Position numbers and translations under genes: made by a program. A stretch of DNA of 64,000 bases from Longimicrobiales bacterium (GTDB taxonomy: Bacteria; Gemmatimonadota; Gemmatimonadetes; Longimicrobiales; Gaopeijiaceae): NCBI GenBank assembly GCA_965203485.1, contig OZ241892.1, positions 1,696,001 through 1,760,000 of the forward strand, given 5' to 3'. A model generated the notes under the pieces. The model saw only the letters and a program-made list of their open reading frames with translations, searched no databases and had not been told where the DNA came from. Below are positions 48,155-57,965 of this stretch, in pieces; positions within the stretch are counted from its first letter, which is position 1, and every line of letters begins with the position of its first letter.

Positions 48155-49858
48155 TCAGAACAGCTGGAAGAGAAGGAACGCGGCGAGCATGATCGCGACC
48201 CAGAGCACCATGCTGCCTGCCGGCCAGCTGCGCGCGAGCGGGCCGTGCGGCGCGTGCGCGCGAAACGCCGCCCGATACAACGGCGTCGTCACGGCGGCCG
48301 CGGTGTCGCGCAACGCCAGGCCGGCCCGCGCCGCAACGTCGCCGGCACGACGCGCGGCGCGGGCGCCGGCCCGCCGGTACAGCCAGTCCGCGTCCAGGTT
48401 GGTCGCCGGGATTTCGGCGGGATAGATCTTCCAGATCTGGAAGACGGCCACTGCGCATATGGCGAACGCGAGCAGTTGCAGCTGCGTCAGGACATGGCTC
48501 GCGTCGTAGGGGCTGTAGTCCACGTCGTGGGGCAGCAAGCCGTACAGGAGTTCGGGCCAGACTCCAATCGTCACGCAACCGGCGGCGCCGATCGACATCG
48601 CAGCGATCATGTTCCACGGCGGCTCGCGGGTGCGGATTCCCGAGTCGTGCGCGAAGAAGGCGAAGAAAGGAATCTTGATGCCCGCGTGCTCCACGACCCC
48701 GGCGGAGGCGAAGAGCATTACCGGCCAGATCCACGCGTGGCCCTCGTAGACGAGCGCCGACATGATCATCGACTTCGAGACGAAGCCGTTGAAGAGCGGC
48801 ACCGCCGAGATCGACAGAGCCCCGACGATGCAGAGCGCGGCAGTCACGGGCATGGTCTTGTAGAGCCCGCCGAGTTCGGACGCCTTGGTCTTGCCGGTCA
48901 TGTGCATGACCGCGCCCATCGCCATGAACAGCAGTCCCTTGAAGAGGACGTCGTTGAAGGCGTGCGCGACGGCGCCGTTGACGGCAAGAGCGGTGCCGAC
49001 GCCGATGCCGCACACCATGAATCCGATCTGGTTGATCATCGAATACGCAAGCGTTCGCCGCAGATCGTTCTCGATGACCGCGTAGAAGATCGGAAAGCAC
49101 GCCATCGCGGCCCCCACGTAGACCAGCGGCTCCGTGCCGGCAAACCCGCGTGCGAGCGCGTACACCGCGACCTTGGTCGTGAAAGCGCTCAGGAAGACCG
49201 TGCCCGTCGGCGTGCCTTCGGGGTAGGCGTCGATCAGCCAGCCGTGCAGAAGAGGAAACGCGGCCTTGACGCCGATCGCAAGGAAGATCAGCCAGCCCGC
49301 CAGGCCATCCAGTCCGATGCGTCCGAACGACAGGTCGCCCGTCTCGGCGACGCGCGCGAGCGCCCCGGCCAGCAGGGCCACGCCCGACACGACCTGCACG
49401 ATCAAGTAGCGCATCCCCGCCCGCGCCGGGCGGGCCCCCGGTCTGGACCACACGAGAAAGACCGAGCTGACCGCCAGCAGCTCCCAGAACACGAAGAGCG
49501 AAATGAAGTCGCCCGCGAAGACGGCGCCGAGCGCGCTCCCTGCGTACACGAGCGCGGACACGTGCTGCAACGTGGCGTTGTCGCCCTTGCCGAGGTGCAG
49601 CGAGTAGACGACCGCGATGAAGGCGGCCAAGTGAAAGAGATAGCCGAACAGCAGGCTCAGTTCGTCGGCGCGAACCGGCTGAAGGACATAGCCCATCAAC
49701 TCCAGTTGCCACTGGTAGCCCGTCTCCAGGCCCGCGACGTTGACCGCGCCGGCCACCGGCACCAAGACGAGCAGAACCTTGCGCGCCGCCCCGCGCGTCG
49801 CCGCCGCCAGCGCCGCCCCGACGAAGAAGATCAGGAAGGGAGGCACGCTACTCGTCAT
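48155..49858 (-). CDS. Mrp/Mnh antiporter subunit D-like proton-conducting membrane protein
   Basis: FVFWELL, PLLHGWLIDAYP, FTTK, LAYSMINQIG, FKGLLF, GFVSK. Confidence 0.85.
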   Translation of the reverse strand: MTSSVPPFLIFFVGAALAAATRGAARKVLLVLVPVAGAVNVAGLETGYQWQLELMGYVLQPVRADELSLLFGYLFHLAAFIAVVYSLHLGKGDNATLQHVSALVYAGSALGAVFAGDFISLFVFWELLAVSSVFLVWSRPGARPARAGMRYLIVQVVSGVALLAGALARVAETGDLSFGRIGLDGLAGWLIFLAIGVKAAFPLLHGWLIDAYPEGTPTGTVFLSAFTTKVAVYALARGFAGTEPLVYVGAAMACFPIFYAVIENDLRRTLAYSMINQIGFMVCGIGVGTALAVNGAVAHAFNDVLFKGLLFMAMGAVMHMTGKTKASELGGLYKTMPVTAALCIVGALSISAVPLFNGFVSKSMIMSALVYEGHAWIWPVMLFASAGVVEHAGIKIPFFAFFAHDSGIRTREPPWNMIAAMSIGAAGCVTIGVWPELLYGLLPHDVDYSPYDASHVLTQLQLLAFAICAVAVFQIWKIYPAEIPATNLDADWLYRRAGARAARRAGDVAARAGLALRDTAAAVTTPLYRAAFRAHAPHGPLARSWPAGSMVLWVAIMLAAFLLFQLF

Positions 49859-50102
49859 CGTAGTAGTCCTCGCGCCGCATCACCAAGCGCCGCAGACCCT
49901 TGGACGCCATGATCAGGCCGACGATGCCCACGAAGCCGTAGAGAGGATGGAAGAGCCAGTACTCTTCCAGCGGATGGTGCTTTCCGTGGGGGCTCACGAA
50001 GTAGCCGCCCACGGCCAAGGCCGCGCACAGCCCGAAGAACACGCGCAGGATCGCCTTGGCCCATCGCGGAGGGACGCTGTTCGGGCGGTGGCCGTCGTTC
50101 AC
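49848..50102 (-). CDS. Small membrane protein within the Mrp operon
   Basis: Two TMs, LYGFVG, C-terminal MRREDYY; overlaps the next start. Confidence 0.75.
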   Translation of the reverse strand: MNDGHRPNSVPPRWAKAILRVFFGLCAALAVGGYFVSPHGKHHPLEEYWLFHPLYGFVGIVGLIMASKGLRRLVMRREDYYDDE

Positions 50103-50109
50103 GCGTCCC

Positions 50110-51573
50110 TCACCTTGCCACGACCGCCGTCATGAGCCGGTACACGGGTTCCGGATAGGCGAAGAGCGCCACGCACGCCGCGGCCGTCACTCCGATCGCC
50201 ACCAGGGACATGATCGGGGCTTCGCGAATCCCGGCGGCGTCGCCCGTTGCGTTCTTGCCGCCGAAGAACGCCTTCACCGGCACCTCCAGCAGGTAGGCGA
50301 GCGACATCAGCGAACTCAGCATGAGCACGGCCAACAGGCCCGTCTGCCCCGCTTCCAGCGTCCCAAGGCCCAGGAACCACTTGCTCCACGATCCGCCGGT
50401 CGGAGGCAGTCCGGCGATGCACAAGGCGCCCACGAAGAACGCGCAGAAGGTGACGGGCATGACGCGCCCCAGTCCGCCGAGCTGGCTGACTCGGGTCTTG
50501 TGCGCGGCAACCATGATCGCCCCGGCGCAGAAGAACAAGGTGATCTTGCCGAATGCGTGCATCACGATGTGCATCCCGCCGCCCACGATCCCCCAGGTGT
50601 TGGCGAGCATGGCGCCCAAGACGATGTAGGCTAGCTGTCCTACCGTCGAGTACGCGAGCCGCGCCTTGAGATTGTCCTTGCGGAAGGCCACTAGCGAACC
50701 CAGCAGGATCGTGCCCGCGGCAACCCACATCAGCCACGCCGACGCGCCGGTCGCGGACACGAAGTCGATGCCGAACACGTACACGGTGACCTTGAGGATC
50801 GCAAACACGCCCGCCTTTACGACCGCCACCGCGTGCAACAGCGCGCTCACCGGGGTCGGCGCCACCATGGCGGCCGGAAGCCAGCGGTGAAACGGCATGA
50901 CCGCCGCCTTGCCGATGCCGAAGACGAAGAGCGCCAGAAGGACCGGGACGGTCGCCGCGTCGGCCCAGCGGCCTTCGAGAATCCCGCCGGGCTGGAAGTC
51001 GAGCGTGCCGGCGACGGAGTAGGTCCAGACGATGCCGAGGAGCTGGAAGACGATCGACGTCGAGAAGAGCACGCCCAGATAGACGCGTCCGGCCTTCTTC
51101 GCCGCTTCCGTCCCCGCGTGCGTGACAAGCGGGAAGGTGGTCAGCGACAGCACCTCGTAGAAGGCGAAGAGCGTGAAGAGGTTGCCGGCGAAGGCGACCC
51201 CCATGGCCGATGCGATGGCGTAGGCGAAGAAGACGTAGAAGCGGGTCTGGTTCTTCTCGCCGTGGCCCCGCATGTAGCCGATGGCGTAGAGCGTGGTGAC
51301 GATCCAGAGAAACGAGGCCACGAGCGCGAACACGATGCCCATGGGCTCCGCCGCCAGCGACAGGGAGATTCCCGGCAACGGCTCGACAAGCAGCAGCTCG
51401 GGGGCCTCTCCGGCGGAGACGGCGCCGTACACGCGCCACACCACCAAGAACAGCGCCACGGCGGACGTCAGGCTTGCCGCCTCGCGCGCGTTGGGCCGCG
51501 ACCGCAGGGCCAGGATGAAGGCGGTGCCCGCGACCGGAACCAGCACGGCGACGAGCAACAGCGCGGCGTTCAC
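50110..51573 (-). CDS. Mrp/Mnh antiporter subunit D-like protein
   Basis: FYEVL, PFHRWLPAAMVAPTPVSALLHAVAVVKAG, LAYST, HAFGK. Confidence 0.88.
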   Translation of the reverse strand: MNAALLLVAVLVPVAGTAFILALRSRPNAREAASLTSAVALFLVVWRVYGAVSAGEAPELLLVEPLPGISLSLAAEPMGIVFALVASFLWIVTTLYAIGYMRGHGEKNQTRFYVFFAYAIASAMGVAFAGNLFTLFAFYEVLSLTTFPLVTHAGTEAAKKAGRVYLGVLFSTSIVFQLLGIVWTYSVAGTLDFQPGGILEGRWADAATVPVLLALFVFGIGKAAVMPFHRWLPAAMVAPTPVSALLHAVAVVKAGVFAILKVTVYVFGIDFVSATGASAWLMWVAAGTILLGSLVAFRKDNLKARLAYSTVGQLAYIVLGAMLANTWGIVGGGMHIVMHAFGKITLFFCAGAIMVAAHKTRVSQLGGLGRVMPVTFCAFFVGALCIAGLPPTGGSWSKWFLGLGTLEAGQTGLLAVLMLSSLMSLAYLLEVPVKAFFGGKNATGDAAGIREAPIMSLVAIGVTAAACVALFAYPEPVYRLMTAVVAR

Positions 51574-53045
51574 GGGACGGCTCCCATGAGGATCCCGGCC
51601 GCCTTCTCCGCCGCCGCCACGGTCGCCTCGGCGTCCACGCCGAAGTAGATGTTCAGCGCGACCAGCGCCCAGGTGGGCGCCAGCAGCGCCACGGGCGCCT
51701 CGCCGATCTCGCGGTCGCCGCGGAACTCGCGGAAGTAGGCGGCTTCGACCACGCGCCACACGTAGGCGAGCGCCACGGCCGACGTGACGAGCACCACCAC
51801 TGCAAGCGGCCACCACCCCCGCTCCAGAGCGGCCAGGATCAGGTACCACTTGCTGACGAAGCCGACGGTGAGGGGCACGCCCACCAGGCTGAGTCCGCCC
51901 ACCACGAACGCCGCCATCGTGGCCGGCATGCGCCTGCCCAGTCCAGCGAGCGCGTCGATGTGCACCGAGCCGACGCGATACGCCACGCAACCCAGCGCCA
52001 TGAACAAGGCGCCCTTCATCAGGGCGTGGTTGAACAGGTGGAGAACCGTCGCGGTGAGCCCCGTGACCGACGCCAGCGAAATGCCCAGCGCCATGTAGCC
52101 GATCTGCGCCACCGACGAGTACGCGAGCAGGCGCTTCACGTCGGTCTGCAGAACGGCGACGAGCGACATGCTGAATATCGCCACCACGGCCAGCGGCATG
52201 AGCGCCAAGTCGAGCTGCATCACGTCGAATGAGAACGCTGGGCCGAATACCGCCAGCAGGAACCGCAGCAACATGTAGACGGCCACCTTGGTGGCTGTCG
52301 CGGCCAAGAACGCGGTGACGGCCGACGGCGCGTAGGCGTAGGCGTTCGGAAGCCAGAGATGCAACGGAAAGAGAGCCAGCTTCAGAAAGCAACCGACGGC
52401 CAAGAAACCGTACGCCACCCTTATCGCGCGGGTGTCCCACACACCGGGAAGACGGTCGGCGAGGTCCGCCATGTTGAGCGTGCCCGTCATGGCGTACAGC
52501 AACCCGATGCCGATGACGATGAACGTCGCGCCGATCGAACCCATCACGAGATAGCGGAAGGCGGCCGTCAGCGCGCGGCGGTCCCGGCCCAGGGCGATCA
52601 GCGCGTACGCCGAGAGCGACGAAATCTCCAGGAAGACGAAGACGTTGAAGACGTCCGCCGTCGCGACTATGCCGAGGAGGCCGGAGAGACACAGCAGGTA
52701 CGCCGCGTAGAACAGCGCGATCCGCCCCTCCTCGACTTCTCTTCGCACGCTCGAGCGCGCGAAGAGGACGACCGCGCAGCCCACGAGCGACACGAGAACG
52801 AGCATCCAGGCGCCGAGCGCGTCGATCCTGTACTCGATGCCCAACGGCGGCGCCCAGTCGCCCAGCTCGTAAGAGACGGGCTCGCCGCCGTGGACGCTGA
52901 TCGAGAGTAGAAGAGCAACGACCAGCGCGCACAGGCTGCCGAGCGCCGCCGCCGCCCAGGCCGCGCGGGGGCTGCGGACCAGCACGCACACCGGCGCCAG
53001 GACCAGGGGGACGACGACCTGCAGGATGGGCAGGTGCCGGGTCAC
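51570..53045 (-). CDS. mrpD: Mrp/Mnh antiporter subunit D
   Basis: DVFNVFVFLEI, FPLHLWLPNAY, KRLLAYSS, NHALMK, GFVSKW. Confidence 0.88.
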   Translation of the reverse strand: MTRHLPILQVVVPLVLAPVCVLVRSPRAAWAAAALGSLCALVVALLLSISVHGGEPVSYELGDWAPPLGIEYRIDALGAWMLVLVSLVGCAVVLFARSSVRREVEEGRIALFYAAYLLCLSGLLGIVATADVFNVFVFLEISSLSAYALIALGRDRRALTAAFRYLVMGSIGATFIVIGIGLLYAMTGTLNMADLADRLPGVWDTRAIRVAYGFLAVGCFLKLALFPLHLWLPNAYAYAPSAVTAFLAATATKVAVYMLLRFLLAVFGPAFSFDVMQLDLALMPLAVVAIFSMSLVAVLQTDVKRLLAYSSVAQIGYMALGISLASVTGLTATVLHLFNHALMKGALFMALGCVAYRVGSVHIDALAGLGRRMPATMAAFVVGGLSLVGVPLTVGFVSKWYLILAALERGWWPLAVVVLVTSAVALAYVWRVVEAAYFREFRGDREIGEAPVALLAPTWALVALNIYFGVDAEATVAAAEKAAGILMGAVP

Positions 53046-53449
53046 GGCGCGGCCTCCGCGTCCAGCGCGTTGATTTCGTCCTCTTCGACAGTGCCGTACG
53101 CTTCCTTGATCCGCACCGCCAGCGCCAAGCCCACCGACGTGGTGGCGATGCCCACTACGATGGCAGTGAGGATGAGCACGTGCGGAAGCGGATTGGAATA
53201 GACGGCCCCTTGAACCGGTTCGCCGTGCTCTCCGAGGATCGGCGCGGTGCCTCCGGCGATCTTCCCCATCGTGATGTACATCAGGAAGACCGACGTCTGG
53301 AACACGTTCAGCCCGACCAGCTTCTTGATCAGGTTGCCCCGCGAAATGAGGATGTAGAAGCCCGTCATCATAAGAACGATGACGATCCAGTAGTTGTAGT
53401 TCGCCACGACGTGGGCGGCGAAGCCGGAGAGCGGCTGGGGCGCGCTCAC
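53042..53449 (-). CDS. mrpC: Mrp/Mnh antiporter subunit C
   Basis: NLIKKLVGL, NPLPHVLILTAIVVG. Confidence 0.9.
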   Translation of the reverse strand: MSAPQPLSGFAAHVVANYNYWIVIVLMMTGFYILISRGNLIKKLVGLNVFQTSVFLMYITMGKIAGGTAPILGEHGEPVQGAVYSNPLPHVLILTAIVVGIATTSVGLALAVRIKEAYGTVEEDEINALDAEAAP

Positions 53450-53510
53450 GACGCCCGGCTTCCTCCGCCGGAGCCAGCCGAGCTGCGAGACTCGCGGGGC
53501 CGCCGCTTGC

Positions 53511-53936
53511 TCACGGCTCGCCGTCCCGTCTGCCGACGAAGGCGTAGAAGGCGCTCGTCATCACTCCGAACACCGTGATCACCACGCCGGCCTCCACCAG
53601 GATGATTCCGAGGTGCTGGCCCTTCTCGGGATCTGCGGCCAACGCCCCGTACCCCAGAAAGCTGCCGCCGAGCATCATGGTCGCGAAGCCCACGCCTGCG
53701 TAGATCACCACGCCCAACGCGGCGCACGACCGGGCGAACCCGGGCGGCAACGCGCGTTGCACGGCGTCCGTCCCGAAGACGAGGCACAGGAGCACGAAGG
53801 CCGCCGTCAGAATCACGCCGGCCTGGAATCCGCCGCCGGGGCCGTAGTCGCCGTGGAAGTGGACGTACAGGCCGAAGACGAGGATGAACGGCGCCATCAT
53901 CTTGGCCGCGACGCGCAGAACGATCTCCTCCCTCAC
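53511..53936 (-). CDS. mrpB: Mrp/Mnh antiporter subunit B
   Basis: HGDYGPGGGFQAG, EAGV; GTGA overlap. Confidence 0.88.
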   Translation of the reverse strand: MREEIVLRVAAKMMAPFILVFGLYVHFHGDYGPGGGFQAGVILTAAFVLLCLVFGTDAVQRALPPGFARSCAALGVVIYAGVGFATMMLGGSFLGYGALAADPEKGQHLGIILVEAGVVITVFGVMTSAFYAFVGRRDGEP

Positions 53937-54559
53937 TCGGGGCTCTCCGGCTCTGGCTCGCGGCGTCCCGCCCGTCCCCGCTGGGCGGCCGGACCGGCCC
54001 GGCGACCCTCGGCCGCCGAGTCCGAGCCGCCGCCGCGCGTCCTGCGCCGCCCCAGCAATGCCAGCACGCCCACGGCGGCGGTGAAGACCACCGTCGCCTC
54101 GCCCATCGTGTCGTAGCCCCGGTACGACGCCAGCACGGCCGTCACGACGTTCGGGATGCCTATCTCGTGGCCGCTCTCCTTCAAGTAGCGGTCGGCCACG
54201 TGATGGTGCACCGGATTGGAGGAGTCGCCGTAAGGAGGCAGGTCGATCGTCCCCCACGCCAGCGTAAGGCCCGTGACGGTCACGACGGCGAGAGGCAGGA
54301 ACGTTGGGCGGGCAGGCTTCCTCTCGCGGTGGCCGACGAGGGCGAGCGCGGCGAGGAAGAGCACCGTGGAGATGCCGGCGCCCACCGCGGCCTCCGTGAA
54401 CGCCACGTCGACGGCGTCCATCACCGTGAACAGACCGGCCGAGAGCAGCGAGTAGATGCCCGCCAGCATCACGACGGTGAACAGGTTGCGGAGCTTAGCC
54501 AGGGCAACGCCGGCGGCGGCGAGCAAGGCGAGGAGGACGATGTCGGCTACGGTCTCGAT
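53933..54559 (-). CDS. DUF4040/MnhB-like Mrp subunit (apparent ATC start)
   Basis: AVDVAFTEAAVGAG, PNVVTAVLASYRGYDTMGE; SD GGAGGT 5 nt before ATC. Confidence 0.82.
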   Translation of the reverse strand: METVADIVLLALLAAAGVALAKLRNLFTVVMLAGIYSLLSAGLFTVMDAVDVAFTEAAVGAGISTVLFLAALALVGHRERKPARPTFLPLAVVTVTGLTLAWGTIDLPPYGDSSNPVHHHVADRYLKESGHEIGIPNVVTAVLASYRGYDTMGEATVVFTAAVGVLALLGRRRTRGGGSDSAAEGRRAGPAAQRGRAGRREPEPESPE

Positions 54560-54987
54560 GGCGCACCTCCCCCGTCGGCGTCCAGCGCGGGCGCAGGCGC
54601 CGCGCCGCCGCGCCTGCCGACGCCGCCGTCCGGGCGGCGTCCCTCCAAGCGGCCGCCCTCCGCCGCCGGGGTTGCGCCGTCGCCCGCCGGGCTCTCGCGG
54701 ACCCGGTCGTGCAGGATCGCGCGAGCCAGCGCATGCGTCGCCACGGGGCTCGTGAACCAGAGAAACAGGATCACCAGGAGAAGCCGCAGGGTCGCCGGGC
54801 CGACCTCGACCTGGAAGCACAGGCCGGCCAGCACGAGGCCCGCGCCCATCGTGTCGGTCATGCCCGCGGCGTGCATCCGAGCAAAGACGTCCGGCAACCG
54901 CAGGATGCCGACGGCTCCCGTTACCAGGAAGAACGTGCCGGCCAGGATCAGCGTCCAGCTGGCGGCCGCGGCGCCCACGTCCATCAT
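54547..54987 (-). CDS. mrpG: Mrp/Mnh antiporter subunit G
   Basis: GILRLPDVFARMHA, TSPVATHALARA. Confidence 0.9.
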   Translation of the reverse strand: MMDVGAAAASWTLILAGTFFLVTGAVGILRLPDVFARMHAAGMTDTMGAGLVLAGLCFQVEVGPATLRLLLVILFLWFTSPVATHALARAILHDRVRESPAGDGATPAAEGGRLEGRRPDGGVGRRGGAAPAPALDADGGGAPSRP

Positions 54988-55358
54988 GCGCCGGTCTCCG
55001 CGCCGGAGGATCGGGCGTCCGGCCGACCGCCTTCGCCGACCCCGGGGTTGGAAGGATCGGAAGCCGGGCCCGTCTCGCGTGCGTCGGCGGGCGCTCGCGG
55101 ACCCGCGCCCAGGCGTCCGTGCTCGAAGTACTTCAGCACCGCGATCGTGCCAATGAAGTTGATGAGCGCGTAGACCAGCGAGAGGTCCAGGAATTCGGGG
55201 CGGCCCGCCAAGAAGCCGAGCAACGCGATAAGCAGAACCGTCTTCGTGCCGAAGTTGTTCAGCGCCAGCACGCGGTCGTACGCCGTCGGGCCCATCAGCG
55301 CGCGGCACATCACGAGGGCCATGGCGACCAGCAAGGCGGCGGTGGCGAAGACGAACAC
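54984..55358 (-). CDS. mrpF: Mrp/Mnh antiporter subunit F
   Basis: GPTAYDRVLA, DLSLVYALINFIGT. Confidence 0.9.
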   Translation of the reverse strand: MFVFATAALLVAMALVMCRALMGPTAYDRVLALNNFGTKTVLLIALLGFLAGRPEFLDLSLVYALINFIGTIAVLKYFEHGRLGAGPRAPADARETGPASDPSNPGVGEGGRPDARSSGAETGA

Positions 55359-55359
55359 G

Positions 55360-55839
55360 CTACTTCGCCGGCCCTTCGAGCGCGGCGACGCGCCGGTTCA
55401 TCTCGTTCTCCTCCGAGCTGTCCACGCGCGCGTGGTCGAGCGCGTGCACCTCGAAGTCGTCGCCCACGATGCCGGTCGTGATCGTTCCCGGCGTGAGCGT
55501 GATCGAGTTGGCGTAGACGAAGCGCCCCAGATCGGACCGCTGCGACGCGCGGAAGTGCACGATCTCGGGGGCAATCTTCAGGCGCCGCCCCAGAATGATG
55601 CACGCCACGCGCCAGTTGGACTTGAGGATCTCCCAAGCCAACCACGGCAAGTACGCCGCGAGGCGGCCGGCCAGATGCAGCGGAAGGGACTCGGCGTCCA
55701 AGATGCGCATGCGAACCGCCACGTAGACGGCGGCGGAGCAGGCGCCGGCCCCGAACGAAAGGAAGAGGGGAGTCGGATGCCCCGAGAGAAGCAGCCACAA
55801 GCCGTACAAGACGATCCAGAGCCCGGCAATTCGGATCAA
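55360..55839 (-). CDS. mrpE: Mrp/Mnh antiporter subunit E
   Basis: EILKSNWRVA, ANSITLTPGT, VHAL. Confidence 0.9.
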   Translation of the reverse strand: MIRIAGLWIVLYGLWLLLSGHPTPLFLSFGAGACSAAVYVAVRMRILDAESLPLHLAGRLAAYLPWLAWEILKSNWRVACIILGRRLKIAPEIVHFRASQRSDLGRFVYANSITLTPGTITTGIVGDDFEVHALDHARVDSSEENEMNRRVAALEGPAK

Positions 55840-55947
55840 GAGCTGCGACCTCCGCGCTTCGATTTCGCTCGTCCCGCGCCGCCGCGAAGGCCCGGGGAAC
55901 GCGCCGCGCGGGCGACGCCGAGCAGGCGGCTCGCGGCGACGGTCAAT

Positions 55948-56469
55948 CTACCAGTTGGACTGCGCGCCGTCCACGATCTCCTGCACCAGCAGCTCGATCG
56001 CCTCGGTGCGCCCCGTCTCTTCGGTTTCGCTGGCCTCCAGGAACTGGCCTCGCACGCGCAACTGTCCCGCCTCCCACAGGATGGCGTACTCCTGGCGGTC
56101 CAGCACCTCGACTTCGACGACCAGCACGACCTCGCGCTGCAACACCTGGACCCCCCCCTGCCCCCCTCCTTCCGCTCCGGGCGTCTGCCGGTACAAGGGC
56201 GCGGTGAGTTCGTAGCGGAGTATGCGGCCCGAGAGCACGGCGTCGGCCTCGTTCTCGCCGGCCGGGTTGAGGCCCAGAGCGCGGGGCACTTGGCGCAGAA
56301 GGGCCTCGTGCACCTCCTGCGTCAGCTCGAACCGGTTGGTCTCGTTCTCGAAGGGCAGCACGGCAATCGTGCGGACGTGCTCGGGGAAGCCGGCCCCCGA
56401 CCTGAACGAGTAGTTGCAGGCGGCCGCCGCCGCGACGAGAGCCAGCGCCGAGAGCGTGCTACGGATCAT
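55948..56469 (-). CDS. lptE: LPS assembly lipoprotein LptE-like
   Basis: Lipobox AAAC-NYSF, TIAVLPFENET, C-terminal DGAQSNW. Confidence 0.72.
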   Translation of the reverse strand: MIRSTLSALALVAAAAACNYSFRSGAGFPEHVRTIAVLPFENETNRFELTQEVHEALLRQVPRALGLNPAGENEADAVLSGRILRYELTAPLYRQTPGAEGGGQGGVQVLQREVVLVVEVEVLDRQEYAILWEAGQLRVRGQFLEASETEETGRTEAIELLVQEIVDGAQSNW

Positions 56470-57127
56470 GGAAGTCCCAGATGTCCGGGGGAAACGGGTC
56501 CACCCACTCCAGCGACTCCAGCTCGAGCCGCAATTCGCGAAAGCCGGGAAAGTGGCGATAGACCGCCCGGGCCGGAAAAAAGGACGACGCTTCGAAGTCG
56601 TCGGCGGGCACGACTTCGACTTGTTCGACGGTCCGTCCGCCGTCCAGCCGGGCGACCGCCGCGATCAGACCGTCGCGGAGCCGGTAGCGGACCTGCCCGC
56701 CGGGCGGGAGCCGGTATTCGAGCGTGACGGCGCCCTGGGAACGGGCGCCGCGGAGGTAGGAAGCGCCGACGCCGGGGCGAAACACGCCTAGGGCGGCCCA
56801 GAACAGCGCGGGGGGCGGCACGAGCTCGGCGGGAAGGTCGGCCGGTGCGCGGAGCTCGTCGCCGACCACCGCCGCGACCAAGGCGGCCTCGCCGTTGTCG
56901 AGGAAGAGGTCCAGGCGCGCGCGGTAGGGCGGTTCGACGCGGGCCACGCCGCTTCCCCTGCCCCTGAAGTCTGGCTCGCGCGCCGACCAGCGGAAGAGCA
57001 ACCGGGCCGGGCGTCCGGGCCGGCTGCTGTGCTCGGCGACCAGCGCGTCCCGCCGCGTCACCGGCCCCGGCCCGCCCTCGCCGGAGCGGCCTGCGCACGC
57101 CGCCGCCGCGCACGCCGCCGCTCCCAT
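56459..57127 (-). CDS. Hypothetical lipoprotein (start uncertain, up to 57238)
   Basis: AAAC lipobox-like segment, beta-rich body (ARVEPPYRARLDLF), overlaps the lptE start. Confidence 0.6.
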   Translation of the reverse strand: MGAAACAAAACAGRSGEGGPGPVTRRDALVAEHSSRPGRPARLLFRWSAREPDFRGRGSGVARVEPPYRARLDLFLDNGEAALVAAVVGDELRAPADLPAELVPPPALFWAALGVFRPGVGASYLRGARSQGAVTLEYRLPPGGQVRYRLRDGLIAAVARLDGGRTVEQVEVVPADDFEASSFFPARAVYRHFPGFRELRLELESLEWVDPFPPDIWDFHDP

Positions 57128-57230
57128 GGCGAGCCGCAACGCGCGACCGGGCGCAGAGGCGGACCGCGCGCGACCGGACGGGGCCGCGCGCCCTGCCCCG
57201 CCCGTCCTCCCGGGCCTAGATTGGGCGGCC

Positions 57231-57962
57231 ATGTCCAAGCCTCTGTTCCTCGTGTCCGATGTCCATTTGGGGGCGGTGCCGCCGGAGACCGAAGCCGCCT
57301 TTCGCCGCTGGCTGCGCTACGCCAAGGAGCGCGCGAGCCGGCTCGTGATCAACGGCGATCTCTTCGACTTCTGGTTCGAGTACCGGCGGGTGGTGCCCGG
57401 CGAGCACGTTCGCGTGCTCGCCCTCTTGGCGGAGATAGCCGAGACGGGCGTGCCCGTCGTGCTGATGGGCGGCAACCACGACTGGTGGGGCGGCGACTTC
57501 ATGCAACGCCTCGGCGTCGACTTTCGCCGCCAGGGTGCGCGATTGTCCCACGGCGGAAAGTCGATCCTGGTGGCGCACGGCGACGGCTTGGGACGGGGCG
57601 ATCTGGGATACCGAATGCTCAAGCTCGTGCTGCGGGGCCGCGCAAGCCAGTGGGCGTTTCGCTGGCTGCACCCCGATGTCGGCGCTTGGCTGGCCGACCG
57701 GGTTTCCAGCACGGAGACCGACACGGAGCCTCCGTCCGAGCAAAGCCGGCGAAGGGCGGCGCACCTGACGCGGTGGGCGCGCGAGCGGTTGGCCGTGGAC
57801 TCCACCTTGGACATCGTTGCGCTCGGCCATGTTCACCAGCCTTCCGTCCTGGAGGTCGAGCCGGGCCGCTACTACGTCAACTCGGGCGACTGGGTCCGCC
57901 ACCGTTCCTACGTCACCGTCGGCGAGTCCGGGACGCCCGCGCTGCACGAGTGGCACGGCTGA
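57231..57962 (+). CDS. lpxH: UDP-2,3-diacylglucosamine diphosphatase-like metallophosphoesterase
   Basis: SDVHLG, GDLFDFW, GNHD, HGDG, GHVH, NSGDW. Confidence 0.82.
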   Translation: MSKPLFLVSDVHLGAVPPETEAAFRRWLRYAKERASRLVINGDLFDFWFEYRRVVPGEHVRVLALLAEIAETGVPVVLMGGNHDWWGGDFMQRLGVDFRRQGARLSHGGKSILVAHGDGLGRGDLGYRMLKLVLRGRASQWAFRWLHPDVGAWLADRVSSTETDTEPPSEQSRRRAAHLTRWARERLAVDSTLDIVALGHVHQPSVLEVEPGRYYVNSGDWVRHRSYVTVGESGTPALHEWHG

Positions 57963-57965
57963 TCG

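Noticed and set aside
56151..56166. C8/C6 homopolymers in lptE as a phase-variation site
   Set aside because: The frame is intact and simply encodes a GGGQGG loop
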